Source of the DNA: an uncultured Gammaproteobacteria bacterium
GTDB lineage: Bacteria > Pseudomonadota > Gammaproteobacteria > HyVt-429
Assembly (NCBI GenBank): GCA_947259975.1
Contig: CAMYOD010000077.1
Coordinates: forward strand, 8,473-72,472
DNA length: 64,000 nt
Direction: 5' to 3'
This document shows, one piece after another, positions 51,468 through 62,269 of the stretch. Position numbers and translations under genes: made by a program. Each line of letters opens with the position of its first letter. The stretch's first letter is position 1. The notes beneath the pieces were generated by a model. The model did no database searches, had not been told where the DNA came from, and was given only the letters and a program-made list of their open reading frames with translations.

Positions 51468-52568
51468 ATGCGTGCCGCCGATCTGGCGAATCCTGGCGTC
51501 TGTAAACTCGAGCCTTATCAGCCGGGTAAACCCATCGAGGCCCTTGAGCGCGACTATGGGATTCGCGATGCCATCAAGCTGGCCTCGAACGAGAATCCCA
51601 TCGGACCGTCGCCGCAGGCGCTGGATGCGGTGCGCGGCGCCCTGCCGGAGATTGCGCGTTATCCAGAAGGAGACGGGCCGGAACTCAAGGCGCGCCTGGC
51701 ATCGCGGCTCGGTGTCGCGGCGGAGCAAATCACGCTGGGTAACGGCTCCAACGATGTGCTCGATCTGGTGGCGCGCACCTTCGCCGGCCCGGGCCACGAA
51801 GTCGTCTTCTCCCAATACGGTTTTCTGGTCTACGCCCTGGTGACCCAGGCCGTGGGGGCGCGACCGGTGACGGTGCCGGCGCAGGACTGGGGTCACGATC
51901 TCGAGGCTATCCTCGCCTCGGTTAACGCGGCCACCCGTATCGTTTATCTCGCGAATCCGAACAATCCCACCGGCACCTGGTTCGGTGCCGCGGCCCTGGA
52001 GCAGTTTCTCGAGGTCATGCCCGAGCATGTGATCGTGGTGCTGGACGAGGCCTACTTCGAGTACGTCGCCGAGACCGACTACCCCAATGGCATCGAACTG
52101 CTGGACAAGTATCCGCAGCTCGTGGTGACGCGCACCTTCTCCAAGGCCTACGGTCTGGCCGGACTACGCATGGGCTATGCGGTATCGAGCGGGGACATCG
52201 CCGACCTGCTCAACCGGGTGCGTCAGCCGTTCAATGTGAACAGCCTGGCGCAGGCGGCCGCGCTGGCCGCGCTGGACGATGAGGCGCATCTGACGAATGT
52301 CTGCCAACTCAACCGAGACGGTCTCGCGCAATGTTACGCCGGCCTCGCGGACTTGGCGTTGCCCTATATTCCGTCGGTGGCGAATTTCGTCAGCGTGGAA
52401 GTAGGCGATGCGAGCGGGGCGATCTATGAGGCGCTGCTGCGTGCCGGGGTCATCGTACGCCCGCTGGCGAACTACGACATGCCACGGCATCTGCGTGTTA
52501 GCATCGGCCGCGCCGAGGAGAACCGGCGCGCGCTGGACGCGCTCGCCGCGGCATTGGGGGCAACGTGA
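51468..52568 (+). CDS. hisC: Histidinol-phosphate aminotransferase
   Basis: 366 aa; 'KLASNENPIGPSP', 'RTFSKAYGLAGLRMGY' PLP-Lys motif. serC-pheA-hisC order as in Pseudomonas. Confidence 0.85.
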   Translation: MRAADLANPGVCKLEPYQPGKPIEALERDYGIRDAIKLASNENPIGPSPQALDAVRGALPEIARYPEGDGPELKARLASRLGVAAEQITLGNGSNDVLDLVARTFAGPGHEVVFSQYGFLVYALVTQAVGARPVTVPAQDWGHDLEAILASVNAATRIVYLANPNNPTGTWFGAAALEQFLEVMPEHVIVVLDEAYFEYVAETDYPNGIELLDKYPQLVVTRTFSKAYGLAGLRMGYAVSSGDIADLLNRVRQPFNVNSLAQAAALAALDDEAHLTNVCQLNRDGLAQCYAGLADLALPYIPSVANFVSVEVGDASGAIYEALLRAGVIVRPLANYDMPRHLRVSIGRAEENRRALDALAAALGAT

Positions 52569-52636
52569 TGATCACGGCAGTGGCTCGATCTACCCAGTTG
52601 CCGCACGCCGCCTGGATGCCCGCCGCGCTTAATCTC

Positions 52637-52704
52637 GCGGGACGTCCTTGTCCCGCTCGAATCGCGACCTTGCGCTTCGCTGCCCCTGCGTCGCGCAAGG
52701 TCGG
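52637..52704. repeat. Structured inverted-repeat element inside the hisC-tyrA spacer
   Basis: GCGGGA-cgtccttg-TCCCGC (52637-52656) then CGACCTTGCGC-17 nt-GCGCAAGGTCG (52665-52703, 11-bp perfect arms). No T-run follows. Confidence 0.5.
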
Positions 52705-52830
52705 ACGACGCTTGGCGGGCCTTCAGTCGCCGTGGAAGATAAACTGAACCCTTCCCGCTCCACGGGGTTCCTTGCAGTATTTTTTACGCAAAATCATAAT
52801 GATATCTTTGGTAATTAAGGTTTCACTTTA

Positions 52831-53733
52831 ATGGAAAATTCGACCCCCAACGGCCCCCGGATCGCGATCATCGGCGTCGGCCTCATCGGCGGCTCGCTGG
52901 CCCGCGCCCTGCGTCACGCCGGTGTGGTGGGCGAGGTGGTGGGTGCCGGGCGTGACCCGGCGCACCTGCGCGAGGCGCAGTCTCTGGGGGTCATCGATCG
53001 TGGCGCCGACTCTGTCGCCGCCGCCGTGGACGGGGCCGACATCGTGATCATTGCCACGCCGGTGGGCACCGTAGTTGAGGTGTGTGCGCAGATCGCACCG
53101 GCGCTGGCACCGGACGCGGTGATCACCGACGTGGGCAGCGTGAAGGGCAGCGTAATCGCGGCGGCACGAAAATCGCTGGGCGCGGCGTACGCGCGATTCG
53201 TGCCGGGCCATCCCATCGCCGGCACCGAGCGTTCCGGGGTCGCGGCATCCTTCGCCGAACTGTTCGACGGTCGTCGCGTGATTCTGACGCCGGATGCGGA
53301 CACCGATAGTGCCGCGCTGGCGCGTATCCGTTCCCTCTGGCAGGCGACCGGCGCCACGGTGCTGGAGATGTCGGCCACGGATCATGATCGTATCCTTGCC
53401 CACACCAGCCATCTGCCGCATATGCTGGCCTATGCGCTGGTCGACCTGTTGGCGCGGGCGGACGACAGCGATGCCATGTTCGATCTCGCCGCCGGGGGTT
53501 TCTATGACTTCACGCGCATCGCCTCGAGCGATCCGACCATGTGGCGTGACATCTGCATCGCCAATCGCGACGCACTCATCGCCAGCCTGGACAGTTACCA
53601 GGCCTTGTTGGGCGAGTTGTCCCGCGCGGTCGCGGCGGGGGATGCGGAGCAGCTGCTCGCGACGTTTCGGCGCGCGAAACAGGCCCGTGACAGCAAGCTG
53701 TCGCCGGCGTCGCAAAGCGCGTCACCGGAATAA
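52831..53733 (+). CDS. tyrA: Prephenate dehydrogenase
   Basis: 300 aa; 'IAIIGVGLIGGSLARAL' NAD fold, 'GHPIAGTERSG'. Preceded by an AT-rich promoter-like stretch. Confidence 0.85.
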   Translation: MENSTPNGPRIAIIGVGLIGGSLARALRHAGVVGEVVGAGRDPAHLREAQSLGVIDRGADSVAAAVDGADIVIIATPVGTVVEVCAQIAPALAPDAVITDVGSVKGSVIAAARKSLGAAYARFVPGHPIAGTERSGVAASFAELFDGRRVILTPDADTDSAALARIRSLWQATGATVLEMSATDHDRILAHTSHLPHMLAYALVDLLARADDSDAMFDLAAGGFYDFTRIASSDPTMWRDICIANRDALIASLDSYQALLGELSRAVAAGDAEQLLATFRRAKQARDSKLSPASQSASPE

Positions 53734-53744
53734 TCCGCGCACCG

Positions 53745-55079
53745 TTGGTCGCTATGTCATCCCGTGCGTCATCCCCGACCTTTGAGGTGGCCCCCGGTGG
53801 CCAGCTGCGGGGCACCCTGCGGGTGCCGGGCGATAAGTCCATCTCCCATCGTGCCGTGATGCTGGGCGCCATCGCCGATGGCGTGACCCGTGTCAGCGGG
53901 TTGCTGGAGGGGGAGGACGTCCTGGCGACGCTGGCGGCGTGTCGTGCCATGGGGCTAAGCGCGGAAGGCCCGGTCGATGGCCGCCTGACGTTGCACGGGG
54001 TCGGTCTGCACGGCCTGCAGGCGGCGGGCGGACCGCTGGACATGGGCAATTCAGGCACCGCCATGCGTCTGCTCGCGGGCCTGCTTGCGGGCCAGCCCTT
54101 CGACAGTACTTTAATCGGCGATGACTCTCTGTCGCGCCGACCCATGACCCGGGTGGCGGAGCCCCTGAACAATATGGGTGCGCGTATCGACACCGCCGCG
54201 GGTGGTTGTCCGCCGCTGCGCATTACGGGTGGGCACGGGCTGCACGGCATCGACTACACGCTGCCGGTGGCCAGCGCGCAGGTGAAATCCGCCGTGCTGC
54301 TCGCGGGTCTGTACGCGACGGGCACGACCCGGGTTACGGAGCCGGCGCCGACCCGGGATCATACCGAGCGCATGCTGCAGGGTTTCGGTTACACGGTAGA
54401 GCGTGCAGGTGCGACGGTACAACTCACCGGTGGCGGCCGTCTGCGGGGCTGCATGCTGGAAGTACCCGGAGACATCTCGTCCGCGGCGTTTTTTTTGGTG
54501 GGGGCCTCGATCGCAAAGGATTCCGAATTGTTGTTGGAGCACGTGGGCATGAATCCGACCCGCATCGGTGTCGTGAACCTGCTCAACGCCATGGGTGCGG
54601 ACATCGACGTGCGCAACGAGCGCACCGCCGGCGGTGAGCCGGTGGCGGATCTGTTGGTGCGCAGCGCGAATCTGCATGGCATCACCGTGCCGCAGGATCA
54701 GGTGCCGCTGGCGATCGACGAATTCCCGGCCCTATTTGTCGCCGCGGCCTGCGCCGAGGGTGAAACCGTGCTGCGTGGTGCCGAGGAGTTGCGGGTGAAG
54801 GAGAGCGACCGTATCGCCGCGATGGCCCAGGGTCTCGGCGCCCTGGGGGTCGACGTCGAGGAATTTCCGGACGGCATTGCGATTCGCGGCGGTGGGCTCG
54901 AGGGCGGCACGGTGCATAGCCAGGGTGACCATCGTATCGCCATGGCCTTCGCCATGGCGTCGCTGGGCGCACAATCCGCGATCACTATCGGCGATTGTGC
55001 CAATGTGGCGACGTCGTTTCCGAATTTCGTCGACTTGGCCACCACGGCGGGACTCGAATTGCGGGTCGTCACCCCATGA
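53745..55079 (+). CDS. aroA: 3-phosphoshikimate 1-carboxyvinyltransferase (EPSP synthase)
   Basis: 444 aa; 'VPGDKSISHRAVMLGAIADG', 'LDMGNSGTAMRLLAGLLAG', 'GDHRIAMAFAMA'. Confidence 0.9.
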   Translation: MVAMSSRASSPTFEVAPGGQLRGTLRVPGDKSISHRAVMLGAIADGVTRVSGLLEGEDVLATLAACRAMGLSAEGPVDGRLTLHGVGLHGLQAAGGPLDMGNSGTAMRLLAGLLAGQPFDSTLIGDDSLSRRPMTRVAEPLNNMGARIDTAAGGCPPLRITGGHGLHGIDYTLPVASAQVKSAVLLAGLYATGTTRVTEPAPTRDHTERMLQGFGYTVERAGATVQLTGGGRLRGCMLEVPGDISSAAFFLVGASIAKDSELLLEHVGMNPTRIGVVNLLNAMGADIDVRNERTAGGEPVADLLVRSANLHGITVPQDQVPLAIDEFPALFVAAACAEGETVLRGAEELRVKESDRIAAMAQGLGALGVDVEEFPDGIAIRGGGLEGGTVHSQGDHRIAMAFAMASLGAQSAITIGDCANVATSFPNFVDLATTAGLELRVVTP

Positions 55080-55086
55080 GTCGCCG

Positions 55087-55776
55087 ATGACCAGGATCGT
55101 ACCGGTACTGACCATCGACGGGCCGAGCGGGGTGGGCAAGGGCACCGTGAGCCAGATTCTCGCTGCGCGCCTCGGTTGGCACTATCTGGACAGCGGCGCG
55201 GTCTATCGAGTGCTCGCGGCGGCCGTGGCAGAGGCCGGCATCGATCCGGCAGACGATGCCGCGGTGGTGGCCTGTGCCCGCGCGCTTGTGCTGGAGTTTC
55301 GGGTCCGGCCCGAGGCGGCGGCCGAGGTGTGGCTCGACGGGCGCGAGGTCAGCGCGGCGATACGCACCGAGGAATGCGGGAATATGGCCTCGCAGCTGGC
55401 GGTGCGCCCGGCGGTGCGGGACGCCCTGCTGGGGCTGCAGCGCGCGCAGCGCCGTGCCCCGGGCCTGGTGGCCGAGGGACGCGATATGGGGACCGTGGTA
55501 TTCCCGGATGCGGGACTCAAAGTCTACCTCGACGCGAGCCCGGAAGTGCGGGCCGAAAGGCGCTATAAGCAGTTGAAGGAAAAGGGATTGGATGTTAATC
55601 TTCCGCGCCTCATTTCAGGGATTGGCGAGCGCGACGCGCGCGACGCCAATCGCGCGGTGGCACCGTTACGGCCTGCTGTGGATGGCTATCATGTCGACAG
55701 CTCAACACTTTCCGTGGACGAGGTCGTCGCGCGAATTTGGGATCGATTGCATTCGGCTGACCAGACGGTGAGCTGA
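55087..55776 (+). CDS. cmk: Cytidylate kinase
   Basis: 229 aa from MTRIVPVLTIDGPSGVGKGTVSQILAARLGWHYLDSGAVYR (P-loop). Confidence 0.9.
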   Translation: MTRIVPVLTIDGPSGVGKGTVSQILAARLGWHYLDSGAVYRVLAAAVAEAGIDPADDAAVVACARALVLEFRVRPEAAAEVWLDGREVSAAIRTEECGNMASQLAVRPAVRDALLGLQRAQRRAPGLVAEGRDMGTVVFPDAGLKVYLDASPEVRAERRYKQLKEKGLDVNLPRLISGIGERDARDANRAVAPLRPAVDGYHVDSSTLSVDEVVARIWDRLHSADQTVS

Positions 55777-55782
55777 CGGGTA

Positions 55783-55812
55783 CCAGATTCTTTAAACAAT
55801 CTGGATTTTTGC
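55783..55812 (+). terminator. Terminator after cmk
   Basis: CCAGATTC-tttaaaca-ATCTGG followed by ATTTTTG. Confidence 0.55.
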
Positions 55813-55884
55813 GTCCGGTGTCGATTGGCGCGGTAACCGCCTCGGCAAGGGGCATTCATTGTTTTGTTAGGTCTGCGACAAGGT

Positions 55885-57567
55885 ATGAGCGAAAGTTTTG
55901 CTGAAATGTTCGAAGAGAGCCTGGGTAAGGCGGAGATGCGCCCCGGCCAGGTCACGGTGGGTGAGGTGGTCCACGTCGATGATGACTTCGTCATCGTCAA
56001 TGCAGGATTAAAAACCGAAGGCGAGATTCCCGCCGCCCAGTTTCGCAGCGCTAACGGGGATTTAACCGTCCAGGTCGGCGACGCGGTCGAAGTCGCCATT
56101 GAAGCCATCGAAGACGGCTTCGGCCAGACCCGGTTGTCGCGGGAAAAGGCGTGTCGCGCCAAGGCCTGGGACGATCTGGAGAAGGCGTCGGAAGAGGGCG
56201 CCATCGTCACCGGTATGCTCACCGGCAAGGTCAAGGGTGGCTTCACCGTGCAGATCGAAACCATTCGCGCCTTCCTGCCGGGATCGCTTGTTGATGTACG
56301 GCCGGTGAAAGACGTTACCTATCTGGAAGGCAAGGAACTCGAATTCAAGATCATCAAGCTGGACCGTCGCCGCAACAATGTAGTGGTATCGCGTCGCGCG
56401 GTGGTTGAGACAGAGATGTCCGCGGAGCGCGAGACCCTGCTCGCGAATCTGGAGGAAGGCCAGATCGTCAAGGGAATCGTGAAGAATCTCACCGATTACG
56501 GTGCGTTCGTGAATCTCGGCGGTATCGACGGCCTGCTGCATATCACGGACATTTCCTGGAAGCGGGTCAAGCATCCCTCTGAAGTTCTCAATGTGGGGGA
56601 CGAAATCGAAGCCCGCGTACTCAAGTTTGATCGTGAGCGTAATCGCGTCTCCCTCGGCATGAAGCAGATGGGTGACGATCCGTGGCTGGATCTGCCACGT
56701 CGCTACCCCGAAGGTACGCGTGTGTTCGGTAAGGTTACCAATCTCACCGACTACGGTTGTTTCGTTGAGCTGGAAGAAGGCGTCGAAGGCCTGGTCCATG
56801 TCTCCGAAATGGATTGGACCAACAAGAACGTGCAACCCGCGAAGGTGGTCCACGTCGGCGATGAAGTCGAGGTGATGGTGCTCGATATCGATGAAGAGCG
56901 CCGCCGAATTTCGCTCGGCATAAAGCAATGTCAGTCGAACCCATGGAAAGAGTTTGCGGATAACAACGACAAGGGTGACAAGGTTCACGGTACGATTAAA
57001 TCGATCACCGATTTCGGTGTCTTTGTCGGCCTGGACGGCGGTATCGATGGTTTAATTCACCTCAGTGATCTATCCTGGGATAAACCGGGTGAAGATGCGG
57101 TGCGGGATTTCGCGAAGGGCGATGAGATCGAGGCGGTTGTGTTGTCTGTCGATCCGGAGCGCGAGCGTATTTCGCTCGGGGTCAAGCAGGTTAACGCCGA
57201 TCCCTTCACGACCTATGTCGCCGAGCATGGCAAAGGCAGCTTGGTCAACGGTAAGGTGGTCAGCGTCGATGCCAAGGGCGCGGTCATACAATTGACCAGC
57301 GCTGTGCAAGGTTACCTGCGCGCATCGGAACTTGCGCGCGAGCGGGTGGAAGATGCCCGTACCGTGCTCAACGAGGGTGACACGCTGGACGCCAAGATCA
57401 CCAGCATCGATCGTAAGAATCGCGGGATCTCGCTTTCGGTCAAGGCGCGCGAGGCCGACCAGGAGAATGCTGCCGTGCAGGAGTATGCAAGCCGTGGACC
57501 GGCCGCAAGCACGACCTTGGGTGACAAATTGAAGGAACAGCTGGCTGAGAAGAAGGACACCGAATAA
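55885..57567 (+). CDS. rpsA: 30S ribosomal protein S1
   Basis: 560 aa from [13 protein letters not shown] (co-linear with E. coli MTESFAQLFEESL); six S1 repeats. Confidence 0.95.
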   Translation: MSESFAEMFEESLGKAEMRPGQVTVGEVVHVDDDFVIVNAGLKTEGEIPAAQFRSANGDLTVQVGDAVEVAIEAIEDGFGQTRLSREKACRAKAWDDLEKASEEGAIVTGMLTGKVKGGFTVQIETIRAFLPGSLVDVRPVKDVTYLEGKELEFKIIKLDRRRNNVVVSRRAVVETEMSAERETLLANLEEGQIVKGIVKNLTDYGAFVNLGGIDGLLHITDISWKRVKHPSEVLNVGDEIEARVLKFDRERNRVSLGMKQMGDDPWLDLPRRYPEGTRVFGKVTNLTDYGCFVELEEGVEGLVHVSEMDWTNKNVQPAKVVHVGDEVEVMVLDIDEERRRISLGIKQCQSNPWKEFADNNDKGDKVHGTIKSITDFGVFVGLDGGIDGLIHLSDLSWDKPGEDAVRDFAKGDEIEAVVLSVDPERERISLGVKQVNADPFTTYVAEHGKGSLVNGKVVSVDAKGAVIQLTSAVQGYLRASELARERVEDARTVLNEGDTLDAKITSIDRKNRGISLSVKAREADQENAAVQEYASRGPAASTTLGDKLKEQLAEKKDTE

Positions 57568-57601
57568 TCACATTGAGAACGGTGGGGGATAGCGGGCCAA
57601 G

Positions 57602-57913
57602 ATGACGAAATCTGACTTGATCGACGCACTCGCAGCACAGCAGCCACAGTTGGTATTTCGTGATGTCGAGCTGGCGGTTAAGGAGCTCCTGGAGCAGATG
57701 GCCGACGCGCTTGCCACGGGTGATCGTATCGAGGTCCGTGGTTTCGGCAGTTTTTCCCTGCATCACCGTCCATCGCGCGTGGGTCGTAACCCCAAGACCG
57801 GTGATGCGGTGAACGTTCCCGATAAGTATGTGCCGCATTTCAAACCCGGCAAGGAACTGCGCGAGCGGGTGGATAACGCAGCGCGCCGGGAACGTGAGAA
57901 TAACACCGGTTAA
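57602..57913 (+). CDS. ihfB: Integration host factor subunit beta
   Basis: 103 aa; '[46 protein letters not shown]'. Confidence 0.9.
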   Translation: MTKSDLIDALAAQQPQLVFRDVELAVKELLEQMADALATGDRIEVRGFGSFSLHHRPSRVGRNPKTGDAVNVPDKYVPHFKPGKELRERVDNAARRERENNTG

Positions 57914-58199
57914 GCGACGCCGATTACACGCGCGTCCCCGCCGCCGCGCCCTGTAGTTCCAATTTCATCGTCGCCGACCTGCGGCGCATTCACCTCGTCG
58001 TACGCGACCGCGTCGCTGTGCCGGTCGATGCCCTCCGATACCGTTTTGCCCGTACATTGCGTATAGTATCTGGCCGATTCTCCCCATTTCTTGCTGAATT
58101 GAAGCGTCGTCGCATGGTGGATCGGCGCCCGCAGGGTGGGTGATAGGTATGTCTACGGTAACAGCGCCAGGAGACTCTCGATAAGAGCCCGGAGGTAGC

Positions 58200-58496
58200 A
58201 TGAAAACACTTTTTAATTTACTCCTCATCATCGTCCTTGTTGTGGTGGGAGTTACGTTTCACTTACACAATCAGGATACGGTCACGGTCAAGTACTACTT
58301 TGATATCGAGCGGTCCGTCCCCATGTCCTTGTTGCTTCTGGCCACCTTATTGATCGGCGTAGTGTTGGGGTATCTTGGGACGCTGAAAAGCGTGTTCCGC
58401 GCGCGGCGTCAACTCTCACGCAGCCGCAAGGAAGTATCGAAGATGGAACAGGAAATAACCAATCTTCGCTCGCTGCCGATCAAGGATTCCATCTGA
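58200..58496 (+). CDS. lapA: Lipopolysaccharide assembly protein A (YciS/DUF1049)
   Basis: 98 aa, two TM helices; it sits directly upstream of lapB with a stop/start overlap. Confidence 0.75.
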   Translation: MKTLFNLLLIIVLVVVGVTFHLHNQDTVTVKYYFDIERSVPMSLLLLATLLIGVVLGYLGTLKSVFRARRQLSRSRKEVSKMEQEITNLRSLPIKDSI

Positions 58497-58497
58497 C

Positions 58498-59667
58498 GTG
58501 ATCGATATACTGTGGCCGCTACTCTTGCCACTTGCCGCCGCGTCCGGTTGGTTGGCGGCAAAGTGGGATCACAAGAAGCAGGCAAAGAAGTCCGAGTACC
58601 AATTACCCTCGGCCTACTTCAAAGGCCTCAACTACCTGCTGAACGAACAACCCGACAAGGCCATCGAGGTCTTTGTCAAAGCGCTCGAGATCGATTCGGA
58701 AACCGTCGAGACACACCTGGCGGTCGGCAATCTGTTTCGCCGGCGTGGTGAGGTCGAGCGCGCGACACGAATTCACCAGAATCTGATCGCGCGGCCGAAT
58801 CTCGATAAGGATCAACGTTCCCAGGCATTGTTCGAGCTGGCGCAGGACTACTTGAAAGCCGGCCTGTTCGATCGCGCGGAAAACCTGTGTCTCGAGCTGG
58901 CGGAGGTGCAGCAACACGGCGAACAGGCGTTACGCAATCTCGTACACATCTACGAGCAGGAAAAGGAGTGGGATAAAGCGATTTCCACATCCCAGCGTCT
59001 GGCGCGGGTTTTGGGTGAGAAGCGCGACGATGTCATCGCACAATACTATTGTGAATTGACAGAGGAAGCGCGTGCGGCGAACGATCTCGTGGAGGCGGAG
59101 GCGATGGCGCGTCGCGCATTGTCCGCGGACCGGCGTTGCGTGCGCGCAACCATGTTACTCGGGCATCTGCGCGTGCGTCAGGGTGAACTGAAGGAAGCGG
59201 TCAAGACCTGGCGCAAGGTGGAAGATCAGGACCCGAAATACCTCGGTGAAGTGGTTGACTGGATCAGTGATATCTATCGTGCACAGAATGACGAAGACGG
59301 CCTGCGCACGTTCCTGCGCGCAGGCCTGGAGCGTCGCGGCGGCGTGAAGTTGATGCTCGCGCTGGCCGATGTCCTTGAGCGTAACGAAGGCCCGAAACAG
59401 GCAGAGGAGTTCGTCGTCGAGTGGCTGCGAAAAATGCCGACAATTCAAGGCCTCTATCGCCTGATCGAACTGAAATCGGCGGTTGCGAATGATAAAGGTA
59501 AACAGGATCTGGAGCTGCTGCAGACAATCATTGCTGACTTACTCGAGAAACAACTCCCGTATGCCTGCGAGAGCTGTGGTTTCACGGGCAAGTCCCTCCA
59601 CTGGCAATGCCCGAGCTGCAAAGGTTGGAATACCATGATTCCGATTCTGAGCCCGGTTGCACAATGA
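58498..59667 (+). CDS. lapB: Lipopolysaccharide assembly protein B (YciM; TPR plus rubredoxin-like Zn finger)
   Basis: 389 aa; N-terminal TM, TPR repeats, C-terminal 'CESCGF…[11 protein letters not shown]'. GTG start. Confidence 0.85.
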   Translation: MIDILWPLLLPLAAASGWLAAKWDHKKQAKKSEYQLPSAYFKGLNYLLNEQPDKAIEVFVKALEIDSETVETHLAVGNLFRRRGEVERATRIHQNLIARPNLDKDQRSQALFELAQDYLKAGLFDRAENLCLELAEVQQHGEQALRNLVHIYEQEKEWDKAISTSQRLARVLGEKRDDVIAQYYCELTEEARAANDLVEAEAMARRALSADRRCVRATMLLGHLRVRQGELKEAVKTWRKVEDQDPKYLGEVVDWISDIYRAQNDEDGLRTFLRAGLERRGGVKLMLALADVLERNEGPKQAEEFVVEWLRKMPTIQGLYRLIELKSAVANDKGKQDLELLQTIIADLLEKQLPYACESCGFTGKSLHWQCPSCKGWNTMIPILSPVAQ

Positions 59668-60379
59668 GATTGCTCCCGTGTCAGCACCGCGTATCATAGT
59701 CGCCCTGGATTTTCCGTCCCAGGTGGATGCCCTGGACTTCGCCGACCGGCTCGTGCCGACGCAATGTCGCGTGAAGGTTGGACTCGAACTCTTTACCGCG
59801 GCCGGGCCGCAGATCGTCGAGGCGTTGCGTCAGCGCGGCTTCGAGGTGTTTCTCGATTTAAAATTCCACGACATTCCGAATACGGTAGCACAGGCCTGCC
59901 GCAGTGCAGCGGACCTCGGTGTCTGGATGCTCAATGTGCACACCCTGGGCGGGCCGCGCATGTTGAGTGCCGCCCGCGAGGCAATTGCCGCCGCGCATGG
60001 CACGCGACCGCTACTTACCGGGGTGACGATTCTTACCAGCCATGACGATGCGGAACTGGTCGACATCGGGCTGGCGGAGGATGCCGCGCACAACGTGACG
60101 CGACTCGCGTCCCAGGCGCAGGCGACGGGGCTCGACGGGGTAGTGTGTTCAGCCAATGAGGCCGCCATGCTCCGCGATTCGCTGGGGCCGGAGTTCGTGT
60201 TAGTGACACCGGGTATACGACCGCAAGGTGCCGCGGTCGGGGATCAGCGGCGCGTCACGACCGCCGGCGCGGCGGTTGCCGCGGGGGCGCACTATCTGGT
60301 AGTCGGCCGCCCGATCACACAGGCGGACGAGCCCATGACAGCGCTCGCGGCCCTGCGGGCCGAGATCGGCGAGGATTGA
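59657..60379 (+). CDS. pyrF: Orotidine 5'-phosphate decarboxylase (start ambiguous: TTG at 59657 or GTG at 59678)
   Basis: 'IIVALDFPS…[12 protein letters not shown]…[14 protein letters not shown]' carries the catalytic Lys/Asp motifs. Confidence 0.9.
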   Translation: MHNEIAPVSAPRIIVALDFPSQVDALDFADRLVPTQCRVKVGLELFTAAGPQIVEALRQRGFEVFLDLKFHDIPNTVAQACRSAADLGVWMLNVHTLGGPRMLSAAREAIAAAHGTRPLLTGVTILTSHDDAELVDIGLAEDAAHNVTRLASQAQATGLDGVVCSANEAAMLRDSLGPEFVLVTPGIRPQGAAVGDQRRVTTAGAAVAAGAHYLVVGRPITQADEPMTALAALRAEIGED

Positions 60380-60465
60380 CATCTGATGGAGGTGGGTTAA
60401 CATAACACTGTGCACTCATCGGATTGGGTGCATTTCAATCAACGGAAAACATGGAGGTTACAAGG

Positions 60466-60753
60466 ATGACACTTCTGAAATCTGCAGTTCTCGCGTGCGT
60501 TATCGCACTCACCTCAATCGCCGCCAGCGCGGCCCCGGTCAACGTCAACAAGGCGAATGCGGCGACACTCGCGGACGCGCTCTATGGCGTCGGCATGCGC
60601 ACCGCGGAAGCCATTGTCAGCTACCGTGATGAGCACGGGCCGTTCCATTCGGCGGACGACCTGATGAACGTCAAGGGGATCGGACCGAAGCTGCTCGAAC
60701 GTAATCGGACGGATATCCTCCTGGACCAGCCCGAGCGGAATGTAAAAAAATAG
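60466..60753 (+). CDS. comEA: ComEA-like periplasmic helix-hairpin-helix DNA-binding protein
   Basis: 95 aa from MTLLKSAV (GGAGGT SD); signal peptide; 'VNVNKANAATLADALYGVGMRTAEAIVSYRDEHGPFHSADDLMNVKGIGPKLLE' is the tandem HhH. Confidence 0.7.
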   Translation: MTLLKSAVLACVIALTSIAASAAPVNVNKANAATLADALYGVGMRTAEAIVSYRDEHGPFHSADDLMNVKGIGPKLLERNRTDILLDQPERNVKK

Positions 60754-60783
60754 ACGTACGGTTTTGACGCAGTAACGTCATTT

Positions 60784-60815
60784 CAGGGGCGCCCGTCACG
60801 GGCGCCCCTTTTTTG
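60784..60815 (+). terminator. Rho-independent terminator after comEA
   Basis: GGGGCGCCCGTCACGGGCGCCCC + TTTTTT. Confidence 0.8.
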
Positions 60816-60938
60816 ACCGCAGGCGGCTTTCGCTTGCGTGTGCCGGACTCGACAGCACCGCAAAAAACCGGATAATCGCTCCTGTTTGAGTGACATGGGC
60901 GCTGGGCGCCCATTTGTTTTTTGGATAGAGAACCGCAC

Positions 60939-62261
60939 ATGAAGGTCACAGTCGTCGGTACAGGTTATGTCGGGCTCGTCACGGGGACCTGCCTCGCGGA
61001 GGTAGGAAATCACGTGATCTGCGTCGACAACGATGTCGATAAGGTCATCGACCTGCGGGCTGGCAAGATTCCGATTTATGAGCCCGGCCTGGATGCGCTG
61101 ATCAAGGAGAATACCCAGGCGGGGCGGCTGTCATTTACGACGGATCTCGACGAGGGTGTCCGCCAGGGCGAAGTCATTATGATTGCTGTCGGCACGCCGC
61201 CTGATGAAGACGGTTCCGCGGACCTGCAGCACGTGCTGGCCGTGGCCAAGGGGATCGGCCAGTCCATCGACGATTATCGGGTCGTGGTCACCAAATCCAC
61301 GGTGCCGGTAGGCACCGCGGATAAAGTCAAGGCAGCGATTCAATCGGTGCTGTCGGCGCGCGGTGTCGACATCCCATTCAGCGTGGTTTCGAATCCCGAA
61401 TTCCTGAAGGAAGGCGCCGCGGTTGACGATTTTATGAAGCCGGACCGTATCATAGTCGGCGCGAACGATGAGCGGGCTGAGGAGAAGATGCGGGAACTCT
61501 ATGCGCCGTTCAATCGTAACCACGAGCGTGTAATCCATATGGATATCCGCTCCGCGGAACTGACAAAATATGCCGCCAACGCCATGTTGGCGACCAAGAT
61601 CTCGTTTATGAATGACCTGGCCAATCTTGCGGAGTTGCTGGAGGCAGATATCGAGGCCGTGCGCCGCGGTATCGGTGCCGATCCGCGCATCGGCTACCAC
61701 TTTATTTATCCGGGCTGTGGCTACGGCGGCTCCTGTTTTCCGAAGGACGTGCAGGCCCTGTACAAGACCGGCGAACAGTACGGCCATCGCTCCGTAATTC
61801 TGGCGGCGGTCGAGGCGGTCAACAAGCGCCAGAAACGTATCCTGGTGGACAAGGTTGCGGCCCATTTTGGCGACGATCTAACAGGACTTCGCTTCGGTCT
61901 CTGGGGTTTGTCGTTTAAGCCGGACACCGACGACATGCGCGATGCGCCCAGTCGCGCGGCAATCGAGCTTCTATGGGAGCGGGGCGCCGAGGTCGATGCC
62001 CACGACCCGGTGGCAATCGAAGAGGCGCGCCGTATATATGGCGAGCGAGACGATCTGCGTTTCCACGAGGATCCCTATAGCGCCCTGGATGGGGTCGACG
62101 CACTTATCGTCGTCACCGAGTGGAAGGTCTACCGATCGCTTGATCTCGAGGAGATGGCGCGCAGAATGCGGCAGAAGGTGGTGTTCGATGGCCGCAATAT
62201 CTTCGATCCGCAGCAATTGCGTAAGGCCGGATTCGTCTACTACGGTATTGGTCGCCAATAA
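60939..62261 (+). CDS. ugd: UDP-glucose 6-dehydrogenase
   Basis: 441 aa from [30 protein letters not shown] (Rossmann), catalytic Cys in '[10 protein letters not shown]'. Confidence 0.85.
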   Translation: MKVTVVGTGYVGLVTGTCLAEVGNHVICVDNDVDKVIDLRAGKIPIYEPGLDALIKENTQAGRLSFTTDLDEGVRQGEVIMIAVGTPPDEDGSADLQHVLAVAKGIGQSIDDYRVVVTKSTVPVGTADKVKAAIQSVLSARGVDIPFSVVSNPEFLKEGAAVDDFMKPDRIIVGANDERAEEKMRELYAPFNRNHERVIHMDIRSAELTKYAANAMLATKISFMNDLANLAELLEADIEAVRRGIGADPRIGYHFIYPGCGYGGSCFPKDVQALYKTGEQYGHRSVILAAVEAVNKRQKRILVDKVAAHFGDDLTGLRFGLWGLSFKPDTDDMRDAPSRAAIELLWERGAEVDAHDPVAIEEARRIYGERDDLRFHEDPYSALDGVDALIVVTEWKVYRSLDLEEMARRMRQKVVFDGRNIFDPQQLRKAGFVYYGIGRQ

Positions 62262-62269
62262 GCGAGCCC

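Noticed and set aside
60816-60938. RfaH ops element upstream of ugd
   Set aside because: The sequence 'aggcggctttcgcttgcgtg' only loosely resembles GGCGGTAGCGTG. It is not an exact match and there is no other support.
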